Positions 12,723-25,090 are shown, counted from the first letter of the whole stretch. The stretch is 62,272 nucleotides of DNA, filler included, from Globobulimina sp. (GCA_003354225.1; 35 parts of 35 records of this genome joined end to end with filler, not necessarily neighbours in it); one strand, 5' to 3'. The notes: generated from the sequence alone by a model not told the origin. Program-made: numbers and translations.

Positions 12723-13646
12723 ATGTTGAAAGTGCTTCAATTATTTTTATTCGCATATGCGGCGAATGCAGCCAGTCATTTTGGTTTTAATACAGCCAAA
12801 TTACATGTTTCATGCGATAATGCAATAACTGCAGTAAGATATTCGCATCGTAATGGGCGTGCTTCCGGTTTAAGTGAGCGTGCCGGTGCAGAAGTGTGGT
12901 CGTTGGAGAATACGGATTGGAATGCACCCCAAACAATTGATATAGCAAATCCATGTCAAGGTGATTATCTCGAGGTTTTATGCGAAAATTGGTCGAGTGC
13001 CTGGGTTTTAGGAGCATCCGCAGGAGGAAATCCCGGTGCTGTGATTGCAAGCGTTGAATATAACGGACAGAAATATTCCACAAAAGGCGGCCATATCAAT
13101 GATAACCAATATTTTTATTTATGGAGATCAATACCGGCATCGGGTGGTAGCTGGGTAGAAACGTGGAATTCTAAAAGTTTGGGTCGCATTGGAGTGGCTC
13201 CGTGGGGTAATATCGGCGGCGGCATTGCATCGGACGCAAATTGGGTGTGGGCCGATGATAGTTATAATGCTGCGGCAGTTAGATTGCAATTTAGATTTCA
13301 TAATGTTCCAGGCATTGCAGCGTGTAGCTCGTCAGGTTAGTAATACTTTATAATAGTATACGTATATGTATCTGTACATATTTTGTTCTTACAGTACTTC
13401 GTTATAATTTATATAAATTAATTATACACAGCGCAATCGGAAGTGTTTGATTTTGATTTTGGAGCGGAAGGGGCGGCCCAAACATTGGTATCGTCGCAAG
13501 CTATATGGCTGTATGCAATTATTGCTTTATTATTGATCAATATGATTTGTTTTGGTGTTTCTTGTTTAAAAAAACAAAAGAATGCGTATAAAGTCGTATC
13601 AATGGTTACTGACTCTGATGTCGAAAGGGGACAATTAATTAAGTAA
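12723..13646 (+). CDS. Type I membrane protein with putative lectin/galactose-binding-like domain; intron 13336-13431
   Basis: Signal peptide; CDN..NPGAVIAS..GVAPWG.I..I.SDANWVW motif; a 96-nt intron joins in frame to an exon with a TM helix. Confidence 0.7.
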
Positions 13647-14264
13647 TTTTCAAAAGTTGTGTTTCAAATAATGGTTTTTATTGTGTTTTCCATATTTGTG
13701 CACGTAAAAATGGTGAATAAATACTCTTTTTCCATTAATTTCATTTTTTTAGCATCCATTTTGTTGGCAATGTATTTGTGCTATTTCTCTGTTTTGATTT
13801 GTGGCTCGTTTATATTTGTAAACAATATGTTTCTTTTTCGTTTGTAAATTTTTGTGTGCGTATGCATGTTTTGTCATTTTCTTTTTAAATATTAATAAAT
13901 TGCGCTAGATTACGCACTGCAAGTAAATGATATGACATATATATCATAAGCCAATGGACGAATGAACATAATTTCTGAATGCGTATTCCCCGCCGTATTG
14001 TTACAATTTTTGGTTGTTACATAAAAACTTTGAGCTGAAATTAAACCAATCAATTCTTCATTCCTTAGCCGTGTGTTGTCACTTCACCAGAAGATAAATA
14101 CTTATTAATTACAATCAAATCAAAATGAAAGTCATTTCAATAGCAATTTTAGTGGTTTTTATTGNNNNNNNNNNNNNNNNNNNNNNNNNNNNNNNNNNNN
14201 NNNNNNNNTTAATTAATTAANNNNNNNNNNNNNNNNNNNNNNNNNNNNNNNNNNNNNNNNNNNN

Positions 14265-15077
14265 CAATTGGACCGAAAAGATGATGCAATCGAGAAATTG
14301 AAAGAAGAGTTAGAGCAAAGAACACAAACATTAAGCACACAAAACTATGAATTAACACAAAAGCTGGAACAAAGGGAAATGATTCAACATGCATACAGCA
14401 TTCGGAGTAATCCGGAACAGAATCAACAGATTCGATCAACCACAACACCAACATTCCAATCACCAAAAGCAAACACTGCAATGTTAAATGCTGGCATAGC
14501 ATCCACAAAGGCAACCTTTCCTCGTTTACTTGGACAAACCGAGGATTTGTTAATACATTCAGCCTCTATACATTCCCCAGAAGATGTGATCAATGCGGAA
14601 CAATCGTTATTGGCGCAACATGATTATTTACAAAAGATGGAAACAGAAAGATTGGTTGAAAGACATTCGACCGGTACTTATGGCAAAAGAAGACAAAGTA
14701 AGTTGGTGACAAAGAAACAGAAATTGAATAAAAAAAACAATTTAAATGATGAAAAGAAAACCATTGAAAAAGAAATTGAGGAACATCAAATAAAGTTAGA
14801 TGGATTAAGAAATATGGAAATGCCATCTGATAAACAAAAGAGATTAAATATATTATTGCAAATTGCAACTTTGGACGATGATAAAAAGAAATTACAAAGA
14901 AAGTTAGAAAATGTTGAAAAACAAATGGCAAAATCAAAAAAATCGAAAGGAGGGAAGGATACTGAACCAATGATATCAAAAGTAACTACAATTGATGCAT
15001 TGAATTATGTTGATGCCGCATTAGCTTTATCCTCATTTAAAAATGATAATGATGAAGATCACGTGTTTAATGTGTGA
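14265..15077 (+). CDS. Coiled-coil hypothetical protein (5' truncated)
   Basis: 269-aa ORF with K/E-rich heptads. Confidence 0.6.
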   Translation, partial: QLDRKDDAIEKLKEELEQRTQTLSTQNYELTQKLEQREMIQHAYSIRSNPEQNQQIRSTTTPTFQSPKANTAMLNAGIASTKATFPRLLGQTEDLLIHSASIHSPEDVINAEQSLLAQHDYLQKMETERLVERHSTGTYGKRRQSKLVTKKQKLNKKNNLNDEKKTIEKEIEEHQIKLDGLRNMEMPSDKQKRLNILLQIATLDDDKKKLQRKLENVEKQMAKSKKSKGGKDTEPMISKVTTIDALNYVDAALALSSFKNDNDEDHVFNV

Positions 15078-15387
15078 TTAAAATTATATGGGAATGCACA
15101 TAAATTAATTTTTAATAAATATGTTTGTTGTTTGCTTTTTGTTGTTTTTTTTAATCATTTTGAGCTTCAGTTTTCACCTCGAAGTTAACATCTGACAATG
15201 GCAGAAGGTTCAGACACTCTTATTCTCACAGATACGGACAATCTAAATACAGGCAATGCAACAAATACGCATCCCAACAAGGATAAAAAATCATTGGTTG
15301 CTGCTATATATTGCCACGATAACATTCTCCATTCCAACATTAATTGGAGCATGATGTTGGCCGTCAGTGATCTACCCATTGGTTGGG

Positions 15388-15945
15388 ATGGTCATCACAA
15401 CAGAAGCACGACAATTTGCACACATGATCTCATTTATTACGGATTTTCTAGTAATTGGTGGATTGTGCATTTATATGACATGCAAAAGGAAACAGTACGA
15501 ATCATATTCAACAAATAAATGGCAAAAATGGGGACCATCTATTTTATGTTGGATAGGCTTTCCATTGATTATGGCCGATCCAATGCGCCATATCTTACAA
15601 AATTACAATGTTTGGCCAGGATGTCGGCGATCATGTTATGAGAAATGGCCAACGAGATGTAATTGGAGCAGTAATCAATATCAATGTGTCTATGTTTGTG
15701 GTGAACTACTTGTCCCTCCGTATAACCCAAAAGATTGTAATGTTGAACATGTTTATCCCAATATACATTGTCAGTGTATACCAAAGGAAAGTGTCATATA
15801 TTTAAGTCGCATTGGTGTTTTTTGTACCATTTTATGTACATATCTTGGATTTGGATTGTTTTTTGTTGGAAATTTATGGAATTCAAACATTATTGAAAAA
15901 TGTAACAAAAATAATATTGATAAATATGCACTTAAAACATCATAA
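15388..15945 (+). CDS. Multi-pass membrane protein with Cys-rich loop, unknown function
   Basis: Three hydrophobic segments, WGP..LIMADPMRHILQ motif, Cys-rich loop. Start uncertain because an upstream ORF from 15198 lies in another frame. Confidence 0.65.
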   Translation: MVITTEARQFAHMISFITDFLVIGGLCIYMTCKRKQYESYSTNKWQKWGPSILCWIGFPLIMADPMRHILQNYNVWPGCRRSCYEKWPTRCNWSSNQYQCVYVCGELLVPPYNPKDCNVEHVYPNIHCQCIPKESVIYLSRIGVFCTILCTYLGFGLFFVGNLWNSNIIEKCNKNNIDKYALKTS

Positions 15946-16086
15946 TTNNNNNNNNNNNNNNNNNNNNNNNNNNNNNNNNNNNNNNNNNNNNTTAATTAAT
16001 TAANNNNNNNNNNNNNNNNNNNNNNNNNNNNNNNNNNNNNNNNNNNNCTATTTTCACGCCTAATAAAGCCCTAAGTACCCATCGAG

Positions 16087-16353
16087 TCAGAAAAGAACAA
16101 AATTCTGCCCGTTTGTAACCGTAATACGAACACCGGGGTTTTCTACTATACATTTTAAAATAAATTCTGCGCTTACGACTATCATTTTTATTAATCCAAC
16201 GATACATGCCATTCCCAAAATAATAGTTTCGGTCCACCAAAGGACATTTTCGACTTTTGGGTGTTTTTCGGCAAAGCGGCGTCGACATCTTTTAGACAAT
16301 TTGAGCGCGAAGGAAAACAAAAACAATAATACAACAAGAATTTCACTTGACAT
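16087..16353 (-). CDS. Small hypothetical membrane protein
   Basis: 88-aa ATG ORF with two hydrophobic stretches. Confidence 0.3.
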   Translation of the reverse strand: MSSEILVVLLFLFSFALKLSKRCRRRFAEKHPKVENVLWWTETIILGMACIVGLIKMIVVSAEFILKCIVENPGVRITVTNGQNFVLF

Positions 16354-17069
16354 TTTTAATTAAACTTTTTGATAATAACTAAATTCTTTTCGACCAATAC
16401 TCAACAAAAATAATTTTGGAGTGACCAGGGTGCGCAAAATAACCATGGCCTTGGCCAGTTCGTAATTGAGTTACAAAAAATAAATTTGCATTGTACTACG
16501 TGTGATGGTCGTTTTATAGGTGGGGAAATGGGTGTAAATTATGGTTTCAATTTTTCTCAGCTGTTTTCGGCCCAATTTTCGAATCATCTATGGTGATCAA
16601 CCCATAGGCAACTCTACATTTATGCCAAAAATAACGATATAATAGCCGAGACAAAATTTATTCCCAACACAATTTTCCGGATTTTATGTATTAATTTTCA
16701 CCCCAATTCGACCCTCAAATTTAGTACGTACGAATACACGTCATACTATACCTATACAATGATGTCATGATAGTATATTACACGGACAACGCAAACTACA
16801 GTAACCCATATGTGATATTTTACTATTTTTGAAATATTTCAAAACAGTACCGTAGAAAACCCGTTCTTTTCAACACTTGTCTCATATATGGTACTATAGG
16901 TGTCAACTCGACAATCAATATGGCCATTATGATACAGTTAACTTTGAAAATTAGCATATTATATGTACAAAAATACAAAAACCCAAAATATCGTCCCAAT
17001 ATACAATTACAATATAGTATTGTCATTAGGAGTATCTAACAGCGACAACACAACCTTTTATAAATATTG

Positions 17070-17730
17070 CTACCATTGATAATCTTTCATACGAACGTTA
17101 GGGCGCCGTATTCTACCCGACCTTCGAGCCAATAAATCATCCTCAGGGCTCGGCAACGATTCTGTCATTGATATAGGTGCCCCATTCACATTATCAGCAC
17201 TGTGCCAATCATCGAACAACTGTTTAGCGGTCGCGAAATCAATATCAAAATAGTGTTCGAAAGCCAATAATCCTATATTATGCAGTTTACCTTCATAGCT
17301 TCCGAAAGTCACTTCGACAACTTGCATTAAGAAATTACGCGCTTCGCCTAAACGTCGTTGAGATCGATTTGGTCTAATAATATAATTATTTCTCAAAAAT
17401 TGAAGGTTCTCAGTACTGTATCGTTCGTACTCAAATGGTGGATTAATTACATCAGGGTCAAATTTAATACCTTGGTCTTTTTTAGGTGCCAAGTCCTCAT
17501 ACAGTATCACCATGTCAATTATGGCTCTCCACTGAGATGCTATGTAACCCCTTTCCATCTCATCAGTAATCTGTTGTTGTATTCTACCTCTCCGATTTAA
17601 TGATGACTGTTGTTCTATCGGCTGTTGTTTCTGAATATTACGCTTCTTCTTCCTTCGTTTCAGCCTCTTTCTAGTTCGATTGTTTGAGCCATTTCCACTG
17701 TTACCTGTACTTGGACTGTCAACAGTACTG
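17070..17730 (-). CDS. Hypothetical basic protein, possibly transposon-derived (5' truncated)
   Basis: Frame open to contig edge; RKRLKRRKKKR; ends in RRSGRIRRPNVRMKDY, a motif type common at TE ORF termini. Confidence 0.5.
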
Positions 17731-18165
17731 NNNNNNNNNNNNNNNNNNNNNNNNNNNNNNNNNNNNNNNNNNNNTTAATTAATTAANNNNNNNNNNNNNN
17801 NNNNNNNNNNNNNNNNNNNNNNNNNNNNNNGAATGTAAAAGTTAGCAGATTAAAAAATGAGTTTGTAGTCACAAATATTGATTGCAAAATTAATGGATTT
17901 AAGGAATCATTTATAATGCAGACATATGATATTGACAGTTGAAGACATATAATGCAGACATATAATACACTTTGTTAAATATCAACCTTTCATGAATTTA
18001 TGACTCCAATAATCAAAAGGCTGTATAAGGAAAAAAATAAAGAAATGATTGGAAGTTTTTACTATTAATTACAAATAATATAAAAATTGTACACTGTACG
18101 TGTGTACATGTTAATTAAAACAGCAAAAAAAAACGTTAATGTTTTTCGTAGCTTAGTAAGAATAG

Positions 18166-19513
18166 ATGGGCAACATCATCAAACCATGCGGATCAAAAGC
18201 AAACCGCTCTGATAATTCTTTAAATTCAAATATCGTTCCACATGATTTACATAAACTCGTACCTCAAATGTTATCAATACCACACAATGAATTCAAACGA
18301 ATTTTTAAACAAAGCAAAAAACTAAAATACACCAAAAAACTACTATCAAAAACAGATGGTGATCAACACAAAATTGTGGACGATAGCACATTAATGGAAT
18401 TACCACCATATAAGACTACAAACGCATTTATAATCAAATCAAAATCGTTAATCAATGCCGCCTCAGTCTTATCATTGGTGATTGTCAAAGATATTATATT
18501 TCAGATCTCAATAATTCCAGATCATATTCACAAATATATGCCTCAATACAATCACTTATATCACAAACAATTACAACAAAGATATGTCAATCTCCCATCA
18601 ATTATAATGATGCACCATGGCGCCATAAATGATTTATTCACCACAATAAAAATATTATTACATATTGGATATGTGGCAGAGGACAATTATTTGATATTAT
18701 TATATGAGGATTTATCATTTTTGGATGAAATTAAGTTCCACCTATCCTTGCGTGAGAAATTAACACTGAACGAATATGACTATCAACAACATACACATTT
18801 ACATTATAAACGATATATTTTATACGAAAAATTAAGCGATCTCGAACATAATAAACACAATCAAATTGAAAATAAAAATACGTCCGTACACATAACCAAA
18901 TACGTAAACGTTTTCGATGATACATATTTATTAATAAGTGGTTATTTGGAGGGTATATATTCAAATTATTCTGTCATACCGGACATTATTGAGCTATGTA
19001 TGAAATTTTATTTGATACCAAACGATACGAATTACGGCAATTTGTTATCATTTTCGCAACGAGAATATCCATACAGTAACGCATTAAAATTGGACGTATA
19101 TAATTTCGATACAAAATCGCAATATTCGCTCAATATAAATGGCTTAAACAGCGACGGTACGCATTATATGTACTTAGTTCGCAATATTTCATTACCGAAA
19201 TGGATCTTGGATGACATCGTAGATTTGCGCTGTGACAGTATCTACGACGACAATTATTTTCGTGTAATGAACAGCAAGACTTTATGCTGTATTTACGACC
19301 AAATAACGCATCGGATATTTGATACAAGCAATAATAAACAGGCGATGATCATATTTGATCCATACAATGCACATTACGGTGGCTACAATATCGAATTCGC
19401 GAAATCGTTTGCGTTGAATTTATATCTTTGGAAATCCGATCACAAAATATATCATCGGGCTCGTAATTCAATTATATGCCTAAATCGCATTGGGAGTAAA
19501 AGCTGTTTGTCGG
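18166..19513 (+). CDS. Hypothetical protein with predicted N-myristoylation and F-box-like LISGY..IPDII motif (3' truncated)
   Basis: MGNIIKPC start; ~450 codons open; YLLISGYL..IPDIIELCMKFY. Confidence 0.7.
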
Positions 19514-19613
19514 NNNNNNNNNNNNNNNNNNNNNNNNNNNNNNNNNNNNNNNNNNNNTTAATTAATTAANNNNNNNNNNNNNNNNNNNNNNNNNNNNNNN
19601 NNNNNNNNNNNNN

Positions 19614-21216
19614 TGCAGTGTATAATGGGTACATTGACTCTCATTCAATCATATTTAATCGGAAATTGTGTTTAGGAAATGAATGGAATTTCGGTGGAGC
19701 ATTATTTGATTCACAAGTGACAAATCTGTATATAACAACTTCAAACTCTCATCTACCGAACGGGTTTAATTACAATTGTGATGGTACAAAGCGATGGACA
19801 GAGATATCTGGAACATGGATATTTGATGATAATGCATGTACTGTCACACAAACAGACGATGCTTTGGAAGGTGCAGTTGTATGGTTAGGTACAGCGGACA
19901 CATCATCCATTGATTGGACAGATTATAAAATTGAAGTTAAATTTAACATAGTTTCTGCAGCGGGGGAGCGGGAAGTTGGTATATTGGTTCGTTCACAGAC
20001 TGTGTCTGCAACCAATGATTATGGCAAACAATATTCCTTCAGCTGTGTCTACGAAAGTTTTGGCGAACCCGACAGAGTCCAATTGTCCATTAAAAATGAT
20101 GGATCTACTTTTGTTACATTACAGGAGATCACATTAAATGCCAACACTGATTATATATTACGGGTGGAAGCGACAGGTAATACATTTAATGTATACTGGA
20201 ACAATGAATTTATGTTCACTGTGCAAAATAATTACTTTTCATTCGGTTCCATTGGATTAAGGACATGGAACGCTCATGCAATATTCACATCGGTTAGAAT
20301 TACGTTCCCGTCCGATAATCATTTATATACAACAGCACCCACTACAGCTCCGACCACATCATTCCCAACAACAGCAACACCGACAACAATCTCACCAACT
20401 GCAGGCCCAATAACCGCAGCTCCGACCACCATTCAACCAACAAAGCCACCCACAAAAAATCCAACTAATATGCCAAGTATACCTCCAACAACTAAGCAAT
20501 CCGTGGCACCAACCACTACTTCTCCATCCACATCTGAACCAAGTACAGCACCGACAACATATGAACCGACAGCAACACCAACGAGAGACGGAAGAAGTGC
20601 TGAAACTACAAATGTAGAAAGTACTGTGGCAGCGGAGCACAACGAAGGTGATCAGCCATCAGTTTTAGACGCTATAACATCTGATGGATTGTTATTAATT
20701 GTGTTTTCTATGTGTTGTTTCTTTTTGTTGTTGTTACTATGTTTATGTTTATTTGTATTTTGGAAGAAACGAGCGTTTAAAAAACAAGAAGCAGCAGGAA
20801 TAAATCTAGAAATAGCAAAAGTTAAATCTACTTCCGCGATGTCGTCGAGTTCATTTGGTGAGGATGGCGGGGAAAATGAAACAAATATTACCCATCATAC
20901 ACTACAACATCCCGTAGCAATGTTATTACCAATGGGAGGTAATATGAATATGAATATGAATGTGATGGGTGTTAATGGCATGATGTCAATGCCTCCAGTA
21001 AATATGATGGGTGCTATGGCAATGAACATGCATATGAATATGAGCATGAATATGGAGAATAGAAATGAAGGAAACGATGAGGATGAAATGGGATCAAATA
21101 AGCCATTGCCAATGCCACAATTCGATGAAAATAGCGAGACTGATGAAGAAGATGATGCTGACAATTTGTATGAATCAGGGGTTCAATCTCCTGGCGCACC
21201 AGAGACTCGCCAATAA
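19614..21216 (+). CDS. Type I membrane protein: ConA-like/DUF1080 domain, PT mucin stalk, TM, Met/Asn-rich tail (5' truncated)
   Basis: WTDYKIEVKF..GILVR..YILRVEATGNTFNVYWN..GSIGL; TAPT/PTT repeats; Cys-rich TM followed by WKKR. Confidence 0.8.
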
Positions 21217-21395
21217 CATGTTCGTTATAAATAGAGATTGTGTAATTAGGATTTACACAATTCCCCAAATACAAAATCCGCTCGTTTATATTTTCNNNNN
21301 NNNNNNNNNNNNNNNNNNNNNNNNNNNNNNNNNNNNNNNTTAATTAATTAANNNNNNNNNNNNNNNNNNNNNNNNNNNNNNNNNNNNNNNNNNNN

Positions 21396-22070
21396 CGGAT
21401 AAAATACCAAGAATTAATATGCAGACATATATCCTTCATAGGGATCAAGCAAAAAAGGCAGTATTCATAATGTCGGAGATATTAAGAACAACAAATGTAA
21501 TGTCTGAAAATATAAAACATGTTATTAAAGAGGCAGGTAATAATGACATGGTTGCTAGTGAGTCAATTGAAGACAGAATGGGTATATTTGACAATGTTTA
21601 GTGATGAAATATGTTTGAATACTAGTAATATAAAAACAAAGAAACCAAATATTCAGACTGGCGACTCTGCGAATAAGAATACGTCAGATGTATTAAAAAA
21701 GATAATATTACCAATATTTTTTAAAACGCAAAGTCGCGAAATTCTTGAGTTGGTGGTAGAATCACTAGAATGTAGTAAAACAATAAATTGTGTTTTAACG
21801 CGACATTATAAACATGCAATAGTTTTAGCAACGTATGTAATATTTATTGTAATATTTTGCAAAAGCAAATGAATTACTACTGACAGAAACAATAATGGTA
21901 ACGTTTCAAGTGCCAAATATGAAAAAAATATGAAAAAAATTCTTAAAAAAACAATTAACACTGAAGTTATTTGGATTAGGTATATGTTACCTGAGGCAAA
22001 TTCAGTGTATGGTAGTGATAATCATGAAATGTTGATTGCAACGAAGCTATTTAATGAATATTTTTAAACT
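21396..22070 (+). pseudogene. Degraded coding sequence, possibly a TE relic
   Basis: Successive protein-like ORF pieces in different frames; followed by an array of CCGCAAAA motifs. Confidence 0.3.
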
Positions 22071-22180
22071 TTGGAGGATATATATTCTGATGATTAATAT
22101 AAACAAATATTCATTAAACAATTTGTTATTTTTCAAGGAACAGAAACAGTAAAAGAAATTGCCTGACCAACTTGAAAAAC

Positions 22181-22330
22181 CATTTTGCGGAGCTGTATAT
22201 ATTATCCGCATTGTGTTTCCTCACTTGTAAAAACTGTTCCGCAAAATCACAACTTTGCACTTTGACTTTTCCGCAAATGATTGTTCCATAAAACATAGCA
22301 AAAACTCCGCAACTATGTTCCGCAAAAATA
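22181..22330. repeat. Array of (GTT)CCGCA(AAA) motifs, one inverted
   Basis: About six CCGCA copies in 150 bp. Confidence 0.6.
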
Positions 22331-22535
22331 GTGCCCTTCGCATAAGGAGCGATGTATTGGATCCATCACAAAAATAGCGCATTGCAGATGATGTGTGATA
22401 TGGCTTTGTTCGGATGGCAGATATTGTTGTATTGTAAGGATGGCAGATCGTATTTGTGTATGGGTTTGTTTAATTATATAAACAAACCAAAGTAAAATAG
22501 AAACATTGGTCCATCGTTTCACGCCGTTCATTAGA

Positions 22536-22604
22536 GTATGTCCAACTAAATGTCTCGAAAAACTTTAAAAATGTCCAACTAAAAGTATGTCCAACTAAAA
22601 TGTC
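22536..22604 (+). repeat. 3x ATGTCCAACTAAA tandem repeat
   Basis: Three exact 13-mers. Confidence 0.85.
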
Positions 22605-22607
22605 TAA

Positions 22608-23065
22608 GAGGATTGCTTGCCAGCAGCGTGGATTAATAAAAGTGCTCACTCTACTGTCTCTACTGTCTCGTCATATGGTTTATAACTCATTTGAAAAATA
22701 AACCGTCACATAGAAAATCGATAATGGTAAATGGAACAAAAATTGTCGCATAGCTCAAGCAGAGCACTGGATCAATCCAGAAGATACAGGTTCGAATCAT
22801 GTGGCAACAGCAATCATTATGTAATGGATAGAAAAGAATGATTTTATGGAATGGATGAGTTTGGATAGAAAAAAATGTATAATCTGACAGCGCCTCACAA
22901 TGAAACTACAGTAGTGTTCCCGATAAGATATATTAGTTACAGCTAATATATTTAATAAATGGTGGACCTGTCAATGGATCATATATAAATTGATTTTAAA
23001 TTCATGTCAAGGGAGGAGTGGAATGAATACTTTTAATTAATCCACGCTCCTTGCATGCAATTCAC
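22608..23065. mobile_element. MITE-like element (~458 bp) with ~36-bp imperfect TIRs and TAA flanks (PIF/Harbinger-Tourist-like)
   Basis: Left GAGGATTGCTTGCCAGCAGCGTGGATTAATAAAAGT vs reverse complement of right end GTGAATTGCATGCAAGGAGCGTGGATTAATTAAAAGT; TAA at 22605-7 and 23066-8. Confidence 0.7.
22744..22809 (+). pseudogene. tRNA pseudogene/SINE head inside the MITE
   Basis: A-box TAGCTCAA..AGAGC, anticodon stem CTGGA/TCCAG with only a 4-nt loop, B-box GGTTCGAATC, imperfect acceptor stem. Confidence 0.65.
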
Positions 23066-23185
23066 TAAGTGCTTTTCNNNNNNNNNNNNNNNNNNNNNNN
23101 NNNNNNNNNNNNNNNNNNNNNTTAATTAATTAANNNNNNNNNNNNNNNNNNNNNNNNNNNNNNNNNNNNNNNNNNNNATTAGAGA

Positions 23186-23220
23186 AAGACTAACTAAGTT
23201 CGGAGGTTAAACATTCGAAA
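23186..23220 (+). repeat. Dispersed repeat, copy 1
   Basis: TCGGAGGTTAAACATTCGAAA is the exact reverse complement of 24839-24859; 23186-23216 matches 36596-36626 at 30/31. Confidence 0.85.
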
Positions 23221-23410
23221 AAGCCTCTTTGTTTACTACCGAAGGGCTTTAGCTGCAAGCGTTCTAAAAAGTGATTCACGTCCCTTTGGAACATCTATCA
23301 AGATATACATATCCAAAAATTCATTTCAAAATCACCTCTTACATAAAATTATTATACTCATAAACATCCATAAAAAGCATCATAAATTCCATAATAGTGA
23401 TAATACAGCA

Positions 23411-23824
23411 TCAGAATTCCATGTTACAATTTTTTGTTTGATATTTTGTGGAATATATATATGTGTTTTTTTTATATAAAATTACAAAGTATACAAACAT
23501 ATACAACAGAAACACAAACAAAAAACAGAAATTAAATAACAAAACATAATAAAATGTGATGATTGGGATTGGAACCCAAATCTTCTTTAAATATGCTTTC
23601 CTTAAGCTATCATCACAATAAATTAGACGCCGTACATCATCGTTCACATTCTCTTGTGGTTCAGTACCAATTTGTTGGTATTCATTTTCTCGCTTTCTTT
23701 GATAAACATATTCCTCATCATTCGAATTCACATCATACGCATTATCAAATCCATCATCCACTGATTGAACCGAACTCTTTGTACTCTCGCCACCATCAAC
23801 TGATTGGAGAGAGGTCTTTGTCAC
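23411..23824 (-). pseudogene. N-terminal fragment resembling TMBIM/lifeguard (BI-1) family
   Basis: Acidic N-terminus then YCDDSLRKAYLKKIW (cf. D..IR.AFIRKVY); decays into low-complexity sequence. Confidence 0.35.
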
Positions 23825-23980
23825 ATATTAAAACAACCAATAATTCATATTTTATCATATTAATTTCTAGAGATTTCATCACCTTTACCATCATTTAGCA
23901 AACTATCATATCCTCGCACAAACATTGTGTAATTTTATATAATTAAAATACATACTTTTTGTCGTACATTACAATTATCA

Positions 23981-24616
23981 ATGTTTCTTATCTTTTTATC
24001 TGTTGCAATCGCATTCGGAGCTGCTCCAATGCCACTTATCAGAGACACTGATCTTGGTTTCAACGTAGATGATGTTGGCGCACTCGCCATAGCCAACCAC
24101 TTAACCGATATCGGTACCGCTCAGCTCCTCGGTGTTGTACATAACACTGACTTTTATTATGCCATCGGTGGCTGCGATGTTATCAATCATTTATACTACG
24201 GACGTAATAACAACAAACATTTTATAGAAGGCGCATATAAAGGCACTGGTCTCCAACATCCAAAACCATCACAAGACACTCAAATGGCTCAACACAAATA
24301 CACACAGACAATGCAACATAACTTTCCATCGCCAATTAAAAGTTACGACCACGTTCAATCTGCAGCTGAAGCGTACGAAATAATGCTTTCCTCCGCTGCT
24401 GATAACTCAGTCGTGATTGCCAGCATTGGGCAATTAATTAATTTACGAGCTATCCTGCAAACATCCAAACAGTTATTTGCCAAAAAAGTGCGCTCAATAT
24501 ATTACAATTTTGGTGGTCCGGGTGGTTATAACTTTCGGGTGGTTATAAGCTTTAATATTGTGCATTTTGATAAAATAAATCCATACGACGTAAAAATAAA
24601 ATATGATAAAATATGA
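23981..24616 (+). pseudogene. Secreted inosine-uridine nucleoside hydrolase-like fragment, C-terminal half missing
   Basis: Signal peptide, DTDLGFNVDDVGALA, SVVIASIGQLINL; homology lost after GGYNF. Confidence 0.75.
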
Positions 24617-24838
24617 TAATAATCCATTCCAATGTCCTCCACACGATGTCCAATGACTATATATATGATTTTATTTTTGCTTTTTTTTTATTTTTTGTGG
24701 CAAAATCGCCTGTTGTTTTTGAGATTGCTTTTAAACTAAGATAGCATATGCTTATGTTGCATAGATGTTTCGTATGTAAACCGCTATCGTAGTTTAAAAA
24801 TCCAATCTCGGCTAGAAGTGACTGTAAAAGTGACATGC

Positions 24839-24859
24839 TTTCGAATGTTTAACCTCCGA
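24839..24859 (-). repeat. Dispersed repeat, copy 2 (inverted, at contig end)
   Basis: Exact 21-bp inverted match to 23200-23220. Confidence 0.85.
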
Positions 24860-24959
24860 NNNNNNNNNNNNNNNNNNNNNNNNNNNNNNNNNNNNNNNNN
24901 NNNTTAATTAATTAANNNNNNNNNNNNNNNNNNNNNNNNNNNNNNNNNNNNNNNNNNNN

Positions 24960-25090
24960 CTTTTTTTCTATCTTTTCTTTTTTTTTTGTTTTGTGTGAGT
25001 TTGGTATTTTTTTTGTTAAGTTTTTTTTTTTTTTTTGTTTTTTTTTTTTGTTTTTATTCATTTTTTTTTTTTTGTTTATTTTTTTTTGTG
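24960..25090. repeat. Poly-T low-complexity tract
   Basis: Consecutive T runs; source of a spurious poly-Phe ORF. Confidence 0.9.
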
